In this document: positions 21,119 to 31,242 of the stretch, one piece after another
How the letters are laid out: every line of letters starts with the position of its first letter
Numbering within the stretch: position 1 is the stretch's first letter
DNA from: an uncultured Pelagibacteraceae bacterium
Lineage (GTDB): Bacteria > Pseudomonadota > Alphaproteobacteria > Pelagibacterales > AG-422-B15
Assembly (NCBI GenBank): GCA_902619105.1
Contig: CACNCV010000001.1
Coordinates: forward strand, 402,706 to 466,705
Reading direction: 5' to 3'
DNA: 64,000 nt
Made by a program: the position numbers and the translations under genes
The notes under the pieces: model-generated
What the model was told of the DNA's origin: nothing
The model's input: only the letters and a program-made list of their open reading frames with translations
The model's database searches: none

Positions 21119-22259
21119 TTTGATTAATCATTTTTTTAAATTCTTGAAAAAGATAATGACTATCGTGTGGTCCTGGGCTTGCTTCTGGGTGATATTGCAC
21201 CGCAAATATATTTTTTCCTTTTCTTATACCCTCAATGCTTCCATCGAATAACGATTTGTGAGTTATTTTTACATCTTTTGGAATTGATTTTTCAGTTACT
21301 TCAAAACCATGGTTTTGAGATGTGATCTCTACTTTTTCAGTTTCAAGATTTTTAACTGGATGATTGGCCCCTCTGTGACCTTGAAACATTTTTTTTGTTT
21401 TTGCTCCTAATGCTAAAGAAATAAGTTGATGACCAAGACATATACCAAATAACGGGATCCTTGATTTGATAAGTTTTTTTATAATTGGAATAGCATATTT
21501 TCCTGTTGCTTTTGGATCACCTGGACCATTAGATAGAAAAATACCATTAGGACTATAAGAAAGTATTTTCTCTACAGAGGTTTTAGCTGGTACTAAAATA
21601 ACGTCTAAATTTAAATCAAGTAAGCAGTTTAATATATTTTTCTTAATTCCATAATCTATTGCTACAACTTTAAGTTTTGAATTTTTTTTAGATTTATAAA
21701 TTTTTATATCCTTGCGTGACACATCAATAGCTAGATCAAGTCCATTAAGTCCCTTCCATTTTTTTATTTCCTTTAAACAGGATGCGGTCTTTTTTTTGTT
21801 CATTGGACCTTCGATAATGCCACCTTTCGGCGCACCTTTAGAACGGATTCTATTTGTAATTAGCCTGGTATCAATATTACAAATACCTGGTACGTTGTTT
21901 TTTTTAAGCCACGCATCAAGATGAAGGATAGATCTATAATTTGATGGATCAGAAATATCACAGTTAATTATGACTCCTTTCGCATACGGTTTACTAGACT
22001 CGTTATCATCAAGATTTGTCCCTACATTACCAATGTGAGGAAAAGTAAAATTGATTATTTGTCCTGCATAAGAAGGGTCAGTTATTATTTCTTGATAGCC
22101 TGTCATTGAGGTATTAAAACAAACTTCTCCTATTTCCATATTAGGAGAACCAATTTTTAGCCCATTAAATCGGGAGCCATCTTCTAGAATAAGTTGACCT
22201 TCAATAGGTTTAGGTCGAGTTGTTGAGAGATCTTTTTTCAACCTATTCGCATTAGCCAT
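21111..22259 (-). CDS. carA: Carbamoyl-phosphate synthase small (glutaminase) subunit
   Basis: 382-aa ORF with the class I amidotransferase triad context FGICLGHQL and HPE. It overlaps carB by 8 nt. Confidence 0.95.
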   Translation of the reverse strand: MANANRLKKDLSTTRPKPIEGQLILEDGSRFNGLKIGSPNMEIGEVCFNTSMTGYQEIITDPSYAGQIINFTFPHIGNVGTNLDDNESSKPYAKGVIINCDISDPSNYRSILHLDAWLKKNNVPGICNIDTRLITNRIRSKGAPKGGIIEGPMNKKKTASCLKEIKKWKGLNGLDLAIDVSRKDIKIYKSKKNSKLKVVAIDYGIKKNILNCLLDLNLDVILVPAKTSVEKILSYSPNGIFLSNGPGDPKATGKYAIPIIKKLIKSRIPLFGICLGHQLISLALGAKTKKMFQGHRGANHPVKNLETEKVEITSQNHGFEVTEKSIPKDVKITHKSLFDGSIEGIRKGKNIFAVQYHPEASPGPHDSHYLFQEFKKMINQNA

Positions 22260-22390
22260 ATGTAGTGATTCTAGATTTATAGAAATTTAGTGCAAATGGG
22301 GAATTCATGCAATAGTTAGATAAGATAATAAATATTAGATCTATTATTGCCACAATATATCTGATGATGTAAATTTTAAGTTTATCTCAA

Positions 22391-22849
22391 ATGAAAGAAA
22401 ACATCACAACCGAATTATCTAATGCTCTCAAAAATGGGGATAAAGAGAGAATCCATACATTAAGACTAGTACTAGCTGCTATTAAAGATAAAGAAATTGC
22501 AAGTCGATCCTCTGGGGAAGATTCTACAATTTCAGATGATACGGTTATTAGTCTTCTCAAAAAAATGGTTAAGCAAAGAAATGATTCGATTGATATGTTT
22601 AAAAAAGCTGGACGAGATGAACTTGTTCAGAAAGAAAATAGTGAGATAGATATTATTCGTGAGTTTCTTCCTAAGCAACTTGGTGAGGAAGAGACTGTGA
22701 TAGCTTGTGAAGAAGCGATTAGTTCAACTGAAGCAAAATCACTAAAGGAAATAGGAAAAGTGATAAAGTATTTGAAGGAAAATAGCTCACCAGCTCTTGA
22801 TATTTCTTTAGCAAGTAAAATTATAAAGGAAAAACTACAAAATTTATAG
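22391..22849 (+). CDS. GatB/YqeY domain-containing protein
   Basis: 152-aa ORF with a typical YqeY opening (L..ALK.GDK.R...LRL.LAAIKDKEI). It occupies the position upstream of dnaG-rpoD. Confidence 0.8.
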   Translation: MKENITTELSNALKNGDKERIHTLRLVLAAIKDKEIASRSSGEDSTISDDTVISLLKKMVKQRNDSIDMFKKAGRDELVQKENSEIDIIREFLPKQLGEEETVIACEEAISSTEAKSLKEIGKVIKYLKENSSPALDISLASKIIKEKLQNL

Positions 22850-22896
22850 ATACTTGATAGTAATATCTAACTATGTTCAAGTAATGTACTTTATTT

Positions 22897-24702
22897 ATGC
22901 CTAGATATTCAAAAGAGTTTATTGGAGAAATTAAAACAAGATTACGTGTTTCAGATGTTGTTGGAAAGTTTGTAAAACTTACTCAAAGAGGAAATGAGTT
23001 TGTTGGACTAAGTCCTTTTAAAAATGAAAAAACACCTTCATTTACTGTTAATGATGAAAAAGAATTCTTTCATTGTTTTAGTAGTGCTGAACATGGCGAT
23101 ATATTCTCTTTTTTAATGAAATATAAAAATATGTCTTATCCGGAGTCAATTGAATATTTAGCAAACCAAGCAGGTTTGAATCCTGAAAGTGGTATCATTC
23201 GAGATCCAAATTATGTAGAAAAAGATTTTTCAAGCTTAAAAAAAATAATTAATGAAGCCAATAATTATTTTAAGGACCAACTAAAAGCTAGTCCAGAAGC
23301 TCAAAAGTATATTGATAAAAGATCAATTGATGCGAATATAATTCAAAAATTTGAATTAGGTTATTCAGGTAATGGCAATAATAATTTATATAATCATTTA
23401 AAAAAAATAGGATTGAACATTGATGATGCAATCTCTATCGGTCTAATTAAAAAATCAAATAAGAAAAAAGATGAATTTTACGATTTCTTTCGTAATCGAT
23501 TTATGTTTCCAATCAAAGATTATAAATCAAACATAATTGCTTTTGGAGGAAGAGCTTTAGATAATTCTAATATAAAATATATAAATTCATCAGATAGTCC
23601 AATTTTCAAAAAAAGTTTTCAACTTTATAATTTAAATCTTGCAATCGAAGAAAATAGAAAACCAAGAAATTTAATTATTGTTGAAGGGTATATGGATGTT
23701 ATCACGCTATATCAAAATAACTTTAAATCATCTGTAGCACCATTAGGTACAGCGCTTACAAGTTATCAACTTGAACGAGCCTGGAAAGTTTGTCAAAACC
23801 CTATAATCATGTTTGATGGAGATGAAGCTGGTCAAAAAGCAGCACAGAGAGTTGCATTACTTGCATTGAATAATTTATTACCTGATCATTCCCTTCGATT
23901 TTGTTTATTGCCTAAAGATTATGATCCAGATGATTATTTAAATAAGAATAGTTCATCAAGCTTGCAAGATGTTATTGATAATTCTCTATCATTATCTGAA
24001 TTTATTTGGGATACAGAACTTGAAAAAGAAGATATTTCCATACCCGAAAAAAAAGCTGGTTTTGAAAAAAGGGTAAGATCACTAACAAACAAAATAAATA
24101 ATAAAACAGTACGTGAATACTATAATAAATTTTTTAATGATAAATTAAGTGAACTAAAATTTAATAGGAATATTTCCTACGATGTAAATTATCAAAGGAA
24201 AAAAAATAGGATTTCTAGTGAAATGCTTGCCAGTGACAGAGTTAAAAAGCAAGGCCATGACTCTGTTGTTCGTGAGAAAATCATATTAATCTGCTTAATT
24301 GAGAATCCATTCTTGATTGCGAAGTACTCAGAAGAACTAGGAAAAATTCGCTTTAATGATCTTAATTTGTCATCATTGGTATCTGTAATCCTTGAATTCT
24401 CAGCTTCTAATGTTGATAAAGAGCTTGAAAACTTTGATTTAAAGTCTTATTTAATCGAAAGGGGATTAAATCAGGAGATTACATATATATTTCAACCAAA
24501 GCTACTAAGCACTTATAGCTCTATAATTAAGAATGAAAAGGTAGTGGTAGAAAGAAGCCTTATCAGTCTGTTAGACTTACATAAAAATTTAATTGAAGAA
24601 AGTGACCTAGACGTTGCTCTAAATGATCTGGAAGAAAAAATGGATGAAAAAAGTTTTGAAAATTTTATGAGAATTAAAAAGGAAAGTATAAACAAAAATT
24701 AA
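22897..24702 (+). CDS. dnaG: DNA primase (zinc-ribbon ligands degenerate)
   Basis: 601-aa ORF with the zf-CHC2-like region NEKTPSFTV...HCF, an RNA polymerase core, a TOPRIM domain (EGYMDV, FDGDEAG) and a C-terminal helicase-interaction domain. Confidence 0.9.
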   Translation: MPRYSKEFIGEIKTRLRVSDVVGKFVKLTQRGNEFVGLSPFKNEKTPSFTVNDEKEFFHCFSSAEHGDIFSFLMKYKNMSYPESIEYLANQAGLNPESGIIRDPNYVEKDFSSLKKIINEANNYFKDQLKASPEAQKYIDKRSIDANIIQKFELGYSGNGNNNLYNHLKKIGLNIDDAISIGLIKKSNKKKDEFYDFFRNRFMFPIKDYKSNIIAFGGRALDNSNIKYINSSDSPIFKKSFQLYNLNLAIEENRKPRNLIIVEGYMDVITLYQNNFKSSVAPLGTALTSYQLERAWKVCQNPIIMFDGDEAGQKAAQRVALLALNNLLPDHSLRFCLLPKDYDPDDYLNKNSSSSLQDVIDNSLSLSEFIWDTELEKEDISIPEKKAGFEKRVRSLTNKINNKTVREYYNKFFNDKLSELKFNRNISYDVNYQRKKNRISSEMLASDRVKKQGHDSVVREKIILICLIENPFLIAKYSEELGKIRFNDLNLSSLVSVILEFSASNVDKELENFDLKSYLIERGLNQEITYIFQPKLLSTYSSIIKNEKVVVERSLISLLDLHKNLIEESDLDVALNDLEEKMDEKSFENFMRIKKESINKN

Positions 24703-24703
24703 A

Positions 24704-26719
24704 ATGAAGAAACGAGGCAGAAAAAAGAAACAGGTCAAAGCTGAAGCAGAAAGCTTACAGTCACAAGTTAGTGAACAAGATGGTCCCGTTTTAGATCTAG
24801 AAAAATCAATAATAAAAAAACTAATTAAGCAAGGCAAAAAAGACGGTTATCTCACCCATGAATTAATTAAAAAATCTTTTCCTGAAGATAAATTTACTTC
24901 TGAACAGATTGAACAATATACAACGAAGTTATCTCAAGTTGGATTTGATATTATTGACTCTGACGACTCCGATAATGACGACGATAAAGATGACGAGCTA
25001 CCTTCATCCAAATCAGGTACGGAAAAAACAGATGACCCAGTTAAATTATACCTTAGAGAAATGGGAACGGTTGATCTACTATCTCGTGAGGGAGAAATTG
25101 CAATTGCTAAAAGAATTGAAGCTGGCCAGGAAGCAATGATTTCAGGGTTATGTGAAAGTCCGCTTACTCTACAGGCGATACTTGATTGGAGAGATGATAT
25201 AATTGCTGAAAAAATAACTTTAAGAGAAGTCATTGACCTTGAGTCATTGTTTGAAGAGTCTCCAAATAAAAAGGAACTGAGCAAAAAAATAAAAGAAGCA
25301 AAAAAAAGAAAAGAACAAGAAGAAAAAGAAGAACTTAGAAAAAGAAAAGAAGCTGAGAAGAAGTCGGCCACATACGGTGATGATACTGAGCCAATGATAG
25401 AAAGTTCCTCAGACCAGGTAATAGAAGAGTATGAAGACTCTGAAGACGAGCTAAATGTGTCAATTGCTATAATGGAAGAGGAACTTAAACCTCAGATACT
25501 TGAAACTTTTAAGAAATTAAATAAAAGCTTTAAAAAATTGCAGAAACTTCAAAAAGATAAAATTGCTTTTCAAGAAAAAGGTAAAGAATTTCCGACACGA
25601 TCTGAAAAAAACTATCAAATATCCAAAGCAATTGTAGTCGATTTAATAAAAGGTTTACAAATAAATACCAACAAAATTGAAGAGTTAATTAATAAATTAT
25701 ATGTAATTAATAAAGAAATAGTTTCTTTAGAAGGTAAGCTGTTAAGACTCGCCGTTCAATATAAAATTTCAAGAGAAGAGTTTTTAGACAAATATGTTGG
25801 AAATGAAAACAATCCTTATTGGCTGAGAAAAATTACAAGGCTTTCTGGGTGGGAAAAGTTTGTTAAACAGGAAAAAAATAATATTAAAAATATTATGAAT
25901 GATGTCAGAGCTGCTGCAAGTAATATTGGTCTTACACTTAATGAATTTAAAAGGATTGTTAGTAACGTTCAAAAAGGAGAGAGAGAATCAAGTATAGCAA
26001 AAAAAGAAATGATCGAAGCAAACCTTCGCTTAGTTATTTCGATAGCTAAAAAATATACCAATAGAGGATTACAGTTTTTAGATTTAATTCAAGAGGGTAA
26101 TATCGGATTAATGAAAGCAGTTGACAAATTTGAGTATAGAAGGGGCTATAAATTCTCTACTTATGCAACCTGGTGGATCAGACAGGCAATTACTCGTTCA
26201 ATAGCAGATCAGGCTAGAACAATTCGTATTCCAGTTCATATGATAGAAACTATTAATAAAATAGTAAGAACTCAAAGGTTACTATTAAATGAAATAGGCA
26301 GAGAACCAACACCAGAAGAAATATCAAAAAAATTAAACATGCCTCTTGAGAAAGTAAGAAAAGTACTAAAGATTGCAAAAGAACCTGTCAGTCTTGAAAC
26401 TCCGGTCGGCGATGAAGAAGATAGTCATTTAGGAGATTTCATACAAGATGAGAATGCTGTTATTCCAATTGATGCGGCAATTCACTCAAATTTAAGGCAA
26501 ACAACAACAAAAATACTCTCCTCTTTAACGCCTCGTGAAGAGAGGGTACTGAGAATGAGATTTGGAATTGGTATGAATTCAGACCATACACTTGAGGAAG
26601 TTGGTCAACAATTCTCAGTTACAAGAGAGAGAATTCGTCAGATTGAGGCAAAAGCACTCAGAAAACTAAAGCATCCAACTAGAGCTAAACTTTTAAAAAG
26701 TTTCTTAGAAAAAAACTAG
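24704..26719 (+). CDS. rpoD: RNA polymerase primary sigma factor sigma-70
   Basis: 671-aa ORF with region 2 ([17 protein letters not shown]), region 3 and region 4.2 ([20 protein letters not shown]). It has an acidic/Lys-Glu-rich non-conserved spacer. Confidence 0.97.
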   Translation: MKKRGRKKKQVKAEAESLQSQVSEQDGPVLDLEKSIIKKLIKQGKKDGYLTHELIKKSFPEDKFTSEQIEQYTTKLSQVGFDIIDSDDSDNDDDKDDELPSSKSGTEKTDDPVKLYLREMGTVDLLSREGEIAIAKRIEAGQEAMISGLCESPLTLQAILDWRDDIIAEKITLREVIDLESLFEESPNKKELSKKIKEAKKRKEQEEKEELRKRKEAEKKSATYGDDTEPMIESSSDQVIEEYEDSEDELNVSIAIMEEELKPQILETFKKLNKSFKKLQKLQKDKIAFQEKGKEFPTRSEKNYQISKAIVVDLIKGLQINTNKIEELINKLYVINKEIVSLEGKLLRLAVQYKISREEFLDKYVGNENNPYWLRKITRLSGWEKFVKQEKNNIKNIMNDVRAAASNIGLTLNEFKRIVSNVQKGERESSIAKKEMIEANLRLVISIAKKYTNRGLQFLDLIQEGNIGLMKAVDKFEYRRGYKFSTYATWWIRQAITRSIADQARTIRIPVHMIETINKIVRTQRLLLNEIGREPTPEEISKKLNMPLEKVRKVLKIAKEPVSLETPVGDEEDSHLGDFIQDENAVIPIDAAIHSNLRQTTTKILSSLTPREERVLRMRFGIGMNSDHTLEEVGQQFSVTRERIRQIEAKALRKLKHPTRAKLLKSFLEKN

Positions 26720-26758
26720 TTTGTAAGGAAATTAATCTGCGTGTATAAAAGTTTATCC

Positions 26759-26835
26759 GGGCCCATAGCTCAGTTGGTTAGAGCCCTCCGCTCATAACGG
26801 AGTTGTCCTAGGTTCGAGTCCTAGTGGGCCCACCA
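26759..26835 (+). tRNA. tRNA with CAU anticodon (elongator Met by anticodon, possibly lysidine-modified Ile2)
   Basis: A cloverleaf can be drawn by hand. The acceptor is GGGCCCA/TGGGCCC, the D arm is GCTC-AGTTGGTTA-GAGC, and the anticodon arm is CTCCG-CTCATAA-CGGAG. The T arm is CCTAG-GTTCGAGT-CTAGG, with discriminator A and an encoded CCA. G1:C72 is paired, so it is not an initiator. Confidence 0.95.
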
Positions 26836-26889
26836 AAAAAGATAAATTTTAACCCTTATATCTTTTTTATCTTATTCTATAATTTAATC

Positions 26890-27738
26890 ATGTCTCTAAA
26901 TGTAGTTGCCTCAGAACAGGCCTGTGGTGCAGAAATAAAAGGTATTGATTTAAAAAAAGATCTATCAGAGAGTCAAATATCTGAAATAAGAAATTATTGG
27001 CTTAAGTATCATATATTGAGTTTTCCTAACCAAGCTTTATCTGACGATGATTTAGAACGTTTCACTCTTTATTTTGGATCTTTTGGAGATGACCCGTTTA
27101 TTGCTTCAATACCAGGTAGAGAAAATATTATTGCAGTTAAAAGAACGGCAGATGAAAAGGTGCCAATTTTTGCAGACAATTGGCACACTGATTGGAGTTT
27201 TCAGAAAAACCCACCAGCAGGCACGTGTTTATTTGGAAAAATAATTCCATCAGAAGGTGGTGATACGCTTTTTGCGAACCAACATTTAGCGTTAGAGCGT
27301 ATGCCTTCAGAATTAAGAAAAAAGTTAGAGGGCAAAAAAGCAATTCATTCAGCTCTTGTGCCTTATTCACCAGGGGGTGGTTACGGTGATAAGGATAGAG
27401 AAATGGGAAGAAGCATGGATATAAGAGCGTCAAATGATGCTTTTGCTCAACAAATACATCCTATTATTAAGTATCATCCTGAAACAAATAAAGAGGTTAT
27501 TTATGGTACAGTTGGCTATATCATTGGTATTGAAGGTATGGATAACCAGGAAGCTATGAAATTACTTATGGAACTGAGTGCATGGCAGTGCAAAGATGAA
27601 TTTGTTTATAGGCATAAATGGAAAAAAGACATGTTAATTATGTGGGATAATAGAAGTGTTCTTCACAGAGCAACTGGCGGTTATGAAGGACAAGAACGTC
27701 TTTTACATCGAACAACCATTGCAGCTTATGGATTATGA
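26890..27738 (+). CDS. TauD/TfdA-family Fe(II)/2-oxoglutarate-dependent dioxygenase
   Basis: HxD iron ligands in NWHTDWSF and distal His/Arg in WDNRSVLHRATG. The start is moved to ATG 26890 because the longer ORF (26824) would overlap the tRNA. Confidence 0.75.
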   Translation: MSLNVVASEQACGAEIKGIDLKKDLSESQISEIRNYWLKYHILSFPNQALSDDDLERFTLYFGSFGDDPFIASIPGRENIIAVKRTADEKVPIFADNWHTDWSFQKNPPAGTCLFGKIIPSEGGDTLFANQHLALERMPSELRKKLEGKKAIHSALVPYSPGGGYGDKDREMGRSMDIRASNDAFAQQIHPIIKYHPETNKEVIYGTVGYIIGIEGMDNQEAMKLLMELSAWQCKDEFVYRHKWKKDMLIMWDNRSVLHRATGGYEGQERLLHRTTIAAYGL

Positions 27739-27821
27739 ATGATGGGACGGTTCAAATAGCGGGTATAAAAAAAAGTATACTAATAAGTATTTACTACATT
27801 AATTAATATCCTAGAGTTATT

Positions 27822-28820
27822 ATGATGAAAAAAATATTATATTCATTACTTGCTATCATAGTTATTTTTATGGTCTGGATTGGGGTAGCTATATTTCCAA
27901 TTTTAACAGTGGAGAAACTTCCAAATAATTTTCCGTATGTTTCTGATATACCTGAGAATATTGATGATTACCTTGAACAAAAAGAGTCAGAAGTAAGTGA
28001 CATATATCCTTACGCTGAAAAAACTGTTTTTTGGAACAATAGTAACAAAAATAAGACAAAATATTCGATTGTATTTATTCACGGATTCACAACTACAGGT
28101 TATCAGTCAAAAGAATTTTTAAATAAATTATCTTCAGAAATTGATGCTAATCTTTTTATAACGCGACTTTCAGGTCATGGGGTTCCATATGAAGGTACAA
28201 AGCAAATGCAAATTGATAAGATTATGTACGATGTTGCTGAAGCAATAATTATCGGTGAAAGAATTGGGGAAAATGTAATTTTGATTGGCCATTCGCTTGG
28301 AGGGGCACTTTCAATGCTTGCAGCTGATGATGAATTACTCTCAAAAAAAATTGATACCTTGGTTTTATTTGCTCCAGGAAATTCAGGAATTTCACCTTTT
28401 GCATTTATGAATACTTTAATTTCTAGTCTTGTAGATAGAACAGGAAGCTTATGTTGGCTTATTGATTGTGATCCAAGATCATTTATGGATTTGCCAGAGG
28501 ATCAAAAATGGGAAAATTATTTTGCTACTGATTTTGATACAAACATTTTCTATCAGATAGCTCGAATACCATTTGCTACTGATAGTATTTCATATGATAC
28601 AATATCTACTTCCGCACTCGTCTTTTATGATGAAAATGACCGTTTAGTAAATGCAGGTAAACTCAAAAGTAATTTTGAAAAATGGGCCGCAAAAAATAAA
28701 GTTGTATCAATTGAAACTTTAGAAACTGATCGTGGAAGACATATGTTTCCCTCAATTTCTAATCCTCATTTAGATAAATTGTTTCTTGATGAAATTAAAT
28801 ATTGGTTGAGTGAGCAATGA
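27822..28820 (+). CDS. Alpha/beta-fold hydrolase with N-terminal membrane anchor
   Basis: 332-aa ORF with a hydrophobic N-terminus, oxyanion region FIHGF, nucleophile elbow GHSLGG and a late His (GRHMF). Confidence 0.7.
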   Translation: MMKKILYSLLAIIVIFMVWIGVAIFPILTVEKLPNNFPYVSDIPENIDDYLEQKESEVSDIYPYAEKTVFWNNSNKNKTKYSIVFIHGFTTTGYQSKEFLNKLSSEIDANLFITRLSGHGVPYEGTKQMQIDKIMYDVAEAIIIGERIGENVILIGHSLGGALSMLAADDELLSKKIDTLVLFAPGNSGISPFAFMNTLISSLVDRTGSLCWLIDCDPRSFMDLPEDQKWENYFATDFDTNIFYQIARIPFATDSISYDTISTSALVFYDENDRLVNAGKLKSNFEKWAAKNKVVSIETLETDRGRHMFPSISNPHLDKLFLDEIKYWLSEQ

Positions 28821-30136
28821 CAAAAATCAGTGATAATTTACTATTGCCATGTGGAGTTGAGATAAAAAATAGATTTCTTAAATCTGCAATGACAGAAGGT
28901 CTTGCAAATAGTGATGCAATAGCAAACGAAAGGCACAACACTCTATATAATAGATGGGCAAAAGGGGGGATTGGCATCTCAGTAACAGGAAATGTTCAGG
29001 TTGATCATCGATATATTGAACGAGCTGGCAATGTTGTAATTGAAGGAAAGCAATCAAATGAAAGTTTAGCAGCTTTAGCAGACTGGTCTAAGTCTGGAAC
29101 GCAAAATAACACGCACCTATGGATGCAATTAAGCCATGCCGGTAGGCAGACGCCATTTAGTATTAACAAAGAGAGCAGGGCACCCTCAGTTCAACCTTTG
29201 CCAACGCTTGGAGGAATACTAAAATTTGGAGTACCAAAAGAGCTTAGCCATTCCGACATTTTAAAAATAATTGATCAGTTTGTTAATGCGGCTGAAGTTG
29301 CAAAGCAAACAGGGTTCACTGGTGTTCAACTTCATTCAGCACACGGATATCTTCTCTCAGAATTTTTATCACCAAATGTTAATCAACGAACTGATGAATG
29401 GGGAGGTAGTATAGCAAATAGATCAAAATTACTTATAACTACAATTGAGGCTATCCGAGAAAAAGTTGGAAATGGTTTTCCTATTTCAGTTAAACTTAAT
29501 TCAAGTGATTTTCAAAAAGGGGGATTTTCTCACGAAGAAAGTATTGAAGTTGCTAAAATATTAGATAATACATCATTAGATTTACTTGAGATTTCAGGTG
29601 GAACTTATGAAAATTTTACTGCCTTAGAAATTGACTCATTGAACCTTAAAAAAGCAAAAACAATCAAACCTCAGCGCAGCACAAAAGTAAGAGAAGCTTA
29701 TTTCTTGAAATATGCTGAAGCAATAAAAGAAGTTATATCAATTCCCCTTGCGGTCACTGGGGGGTTTCGTTCTTCCGAGGGTATGAACAATGCTCTTCAA
29801 AGTGGCGCTTGTGATATAATTGGTTTGGGAAGACCACTTTGCTCTGAGCCTGATATTGTAAATGAATTAATGAGTGGTGAAAAAAAATCAGCAACTCTAT
29901 ATGAAAACATGTTGGAATTTGGTCCGTGGATTCTTGGTTTAAATAGCCCGATATCACTTATGCGATCTAATAATAAAGCAGCTCAAGTTTATTGGTGCTA
30001 TCGACAAATATTAAAAATCGCTGACGGCAATGAAGTTGACACAAAGCTGGGACTTTTTAAAGCATTTCTCGATCACTTTAGAGACGACTCTGCTAATAGT
30101 AAAAAATATAAAGCTTTTTGGAAAGATTTAGATTGA
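28817..30136 (+). CDS. NADH:flavin oxidoreductase, Old Yellow Enzyme family
   Basis: 439-aa ORF with QLHSAHGYLLSEFLSPNVNQRTDEWGGS and GLGRPL motifs of the OYE/2,4-dienoyl-CoA-reductase N-terminal TIM barrel. It has an ATGA overlap with the hydrolase gene. Confidence 0.8.
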   Translation: MTKISDNLLLPCGVEIKNRFLKSAMTEGLANSDAIANERHNTLYNRWAKGGIGISVTGNVQVDHRYIERAGNVVIEGKQSNESLAALADWSKSGTQNNTHLWMQLSHAGRQTPFSINKESRAPSVQPLPTLGGILKFGVPKELSHSDILKIIDQFVNAAEVAKQTGFTGVQLHSAHGYLLSEFLSPNVNQRTDEWGGSIANRSKLLITTIEAIREKVGNGFPISVKLNSSDFQKGGFSHEESIEVAKILDNTSLDLLEISGGTYENFTALEIDSLNLKKAKTIKPQRSTKVREAYFLKYAEAIKEVISIPLAVTGGFRSSEGMNNALQSGACDIIGLGRPLCSEPDIVNELMSGEKKSATLYENMLEFGPWILGLNSPISLMRSNNKAAQVYWCYRQILKIADGNEVDTKLGLFKAFLDHFRDDSANSKKYKAFWKDLD

Positions 30137-30663
30137 AAAAATTCATTTTGATACTGTTACTTTTTTATTCATCTTTTGTATTCGCTGATCAAAAAGATAG
30201 CCGACTGAATAGTTTGTTTGATGAGTTGTTTTTAAGTAATGACAATATGCAAGCCAGCACTATCTTAGCTGACATCTGGGATATATGGTCTATTGCGGAA
30301 AATATTGAAGCTCAAAAAATATTCGATGAGGGTAACAACATGATGGATCGTGGAAGTTTAGAAGAAGCAACAACTTTATTTACGCAAGTAATTAACCTTA
30401 AACCTGATTTTGCAGAAGGTTGGAATAAAAGAGCTACTGTCCTTTTTTTAAAAGGTGATTTAGATGCCTCGATTTCTGATATTCAAAAAACTCTTGAACT
30501 AGAACCAAGACACTTTGGAGCACTTGATGGGCTTGCGGAAATCTATTTAATTCAAGATAATCTTTTGGGAGCTGCAGCAACGTATAAAAGAATTCTAGAA
30601 ATTATTCCAACAAGTAAAAAATCTCAAGACCGACTTAAATTAATTAACGAACTTATTGTTTAA
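30133..30663 (+). CDS. Secreted TPR-repeat protein
   Basis: Signal-peptide-like N-terminus MKKFILILLLFYSSFVFA followed by TPR-like repeats. The start is ambiguous: TTG 30118 in the ORF track, or in-frame TTG 30133 giving a TTGA overlap with the upstream stop. Confidence 0.6.
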   Translation: MKKFILILLLFYSSFVFADQKDSRLNSLFDELFLSNDNMQASTILADIWDIWSIAENIEAQKIFDEGNNMMDRGSLEEATTLFTQVINLKPDFAEGWNKRATVLFLKGDLDASISDIQKTLELEPRHFGALDGLAEIYLIQDNLLGAAATYKRILEIIPTSKKSQDRLKLINELIV

Positions 30664-30665
30664 CG

Positions 30666-31226
30666 ATGTGTGGGCGTTTCGTTCTCTCCGACAAAAAAGT
30701 AATTAAAGAAAAATTTAATATTGAACTATCACCTTCATATAACATAGCTCCGTCACAAGATGTATTGGTTATAAAACCAGATCCCATTTTTATGAAATGG
30801 TCATATTCACCAAAATGGAAAGATGATATGAACTTGATTAATTGTCGTCACGAAACATTATTAGAAAAACCTTCTTTTAAGGGATCACTTAGATGTGTTT
30901 TTCTTGCAAATGGGTGGTATGAATGGCAAAGGCAAAATAACTCTAAAACGCCTTTTTTCCATTATATTGAGAATGAATTGCTGTATTTTGCTGGTATTTA
31001 TAATTTGAATAGTGGATGTGCAGTTGTAACTTGCCAGTCAAGTAAAACTGTCTCTCATGTGCATCATAGACAACCTTTACTTTTAAATGAAGCTCAAATA
31101 ACTGGATGGATAGAAGGAAAGCATGAAATTGAAAGAAAAAAAGACGATCAAGTTCAAGTTTATGAAGTCTCAAAAAATGTTAATAGTCCTCGTAACAATA
31201 ACCCTGAGTTGTTAGAAAAATCTTAA
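30666..31226 (+). CDS. SOS-response-associated peptidase (SRAP/YedK) family protein
   Basis: 186-aa ORF starting MCGRF (catalytic Cys2), with NIAPSQ, NCRHET, WYEW and HHRQP motifs. Confidence 0.8.
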   Translation: MCGRFVLSDKKVIKEKFNIELSPSYNIAPSQDVLVIKPDPIFMKWSYSPKWKDDMNLINCRHETLLEKPSFKGSLRCVFLANGWYEWQRQNNSKTPFFHYIENELLYFAGIYNLNSGCAVVTCQSSKTVSHVHHRQPLLLNEAQITGWIEGKHEIERKKDDQVQVYEVSKNVNSPRNNNPELLEKS

Positions 31227-31242
31227 TCTATATAATTACAGA

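Noticed and set aside
24934-25371. 145-aa Ser/Phe-rich ORF on the minus strand, plus the 76-aa + strand ORF at 24909-25139
   Set aside because: Both fall in the acidic/Lys-Glu low-complexity spacer of rpoD. The GAA/AAG-rich coding strand automatically gives open TTC/CTT frames on the opposite strand.
26836-26867. Possible terminator hairpin after the tRNA (AAAAAGATA...TATCTTTTT)
   Set aside because: The stem is 9 bp with a single G:C pair and a 14-nt loop. This is too weak to call an intrinsic terminator, and such pairings arise by chance in A/T runs.
26824-26889. N-terminal extension of the TauD-like ORF (MGPPKKINFNPY...)
   Set aside because: It would begin inside the tRNA gene (26759-26835). 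The in-frame ATG at 26890 gives a normal TauD N-terminus.
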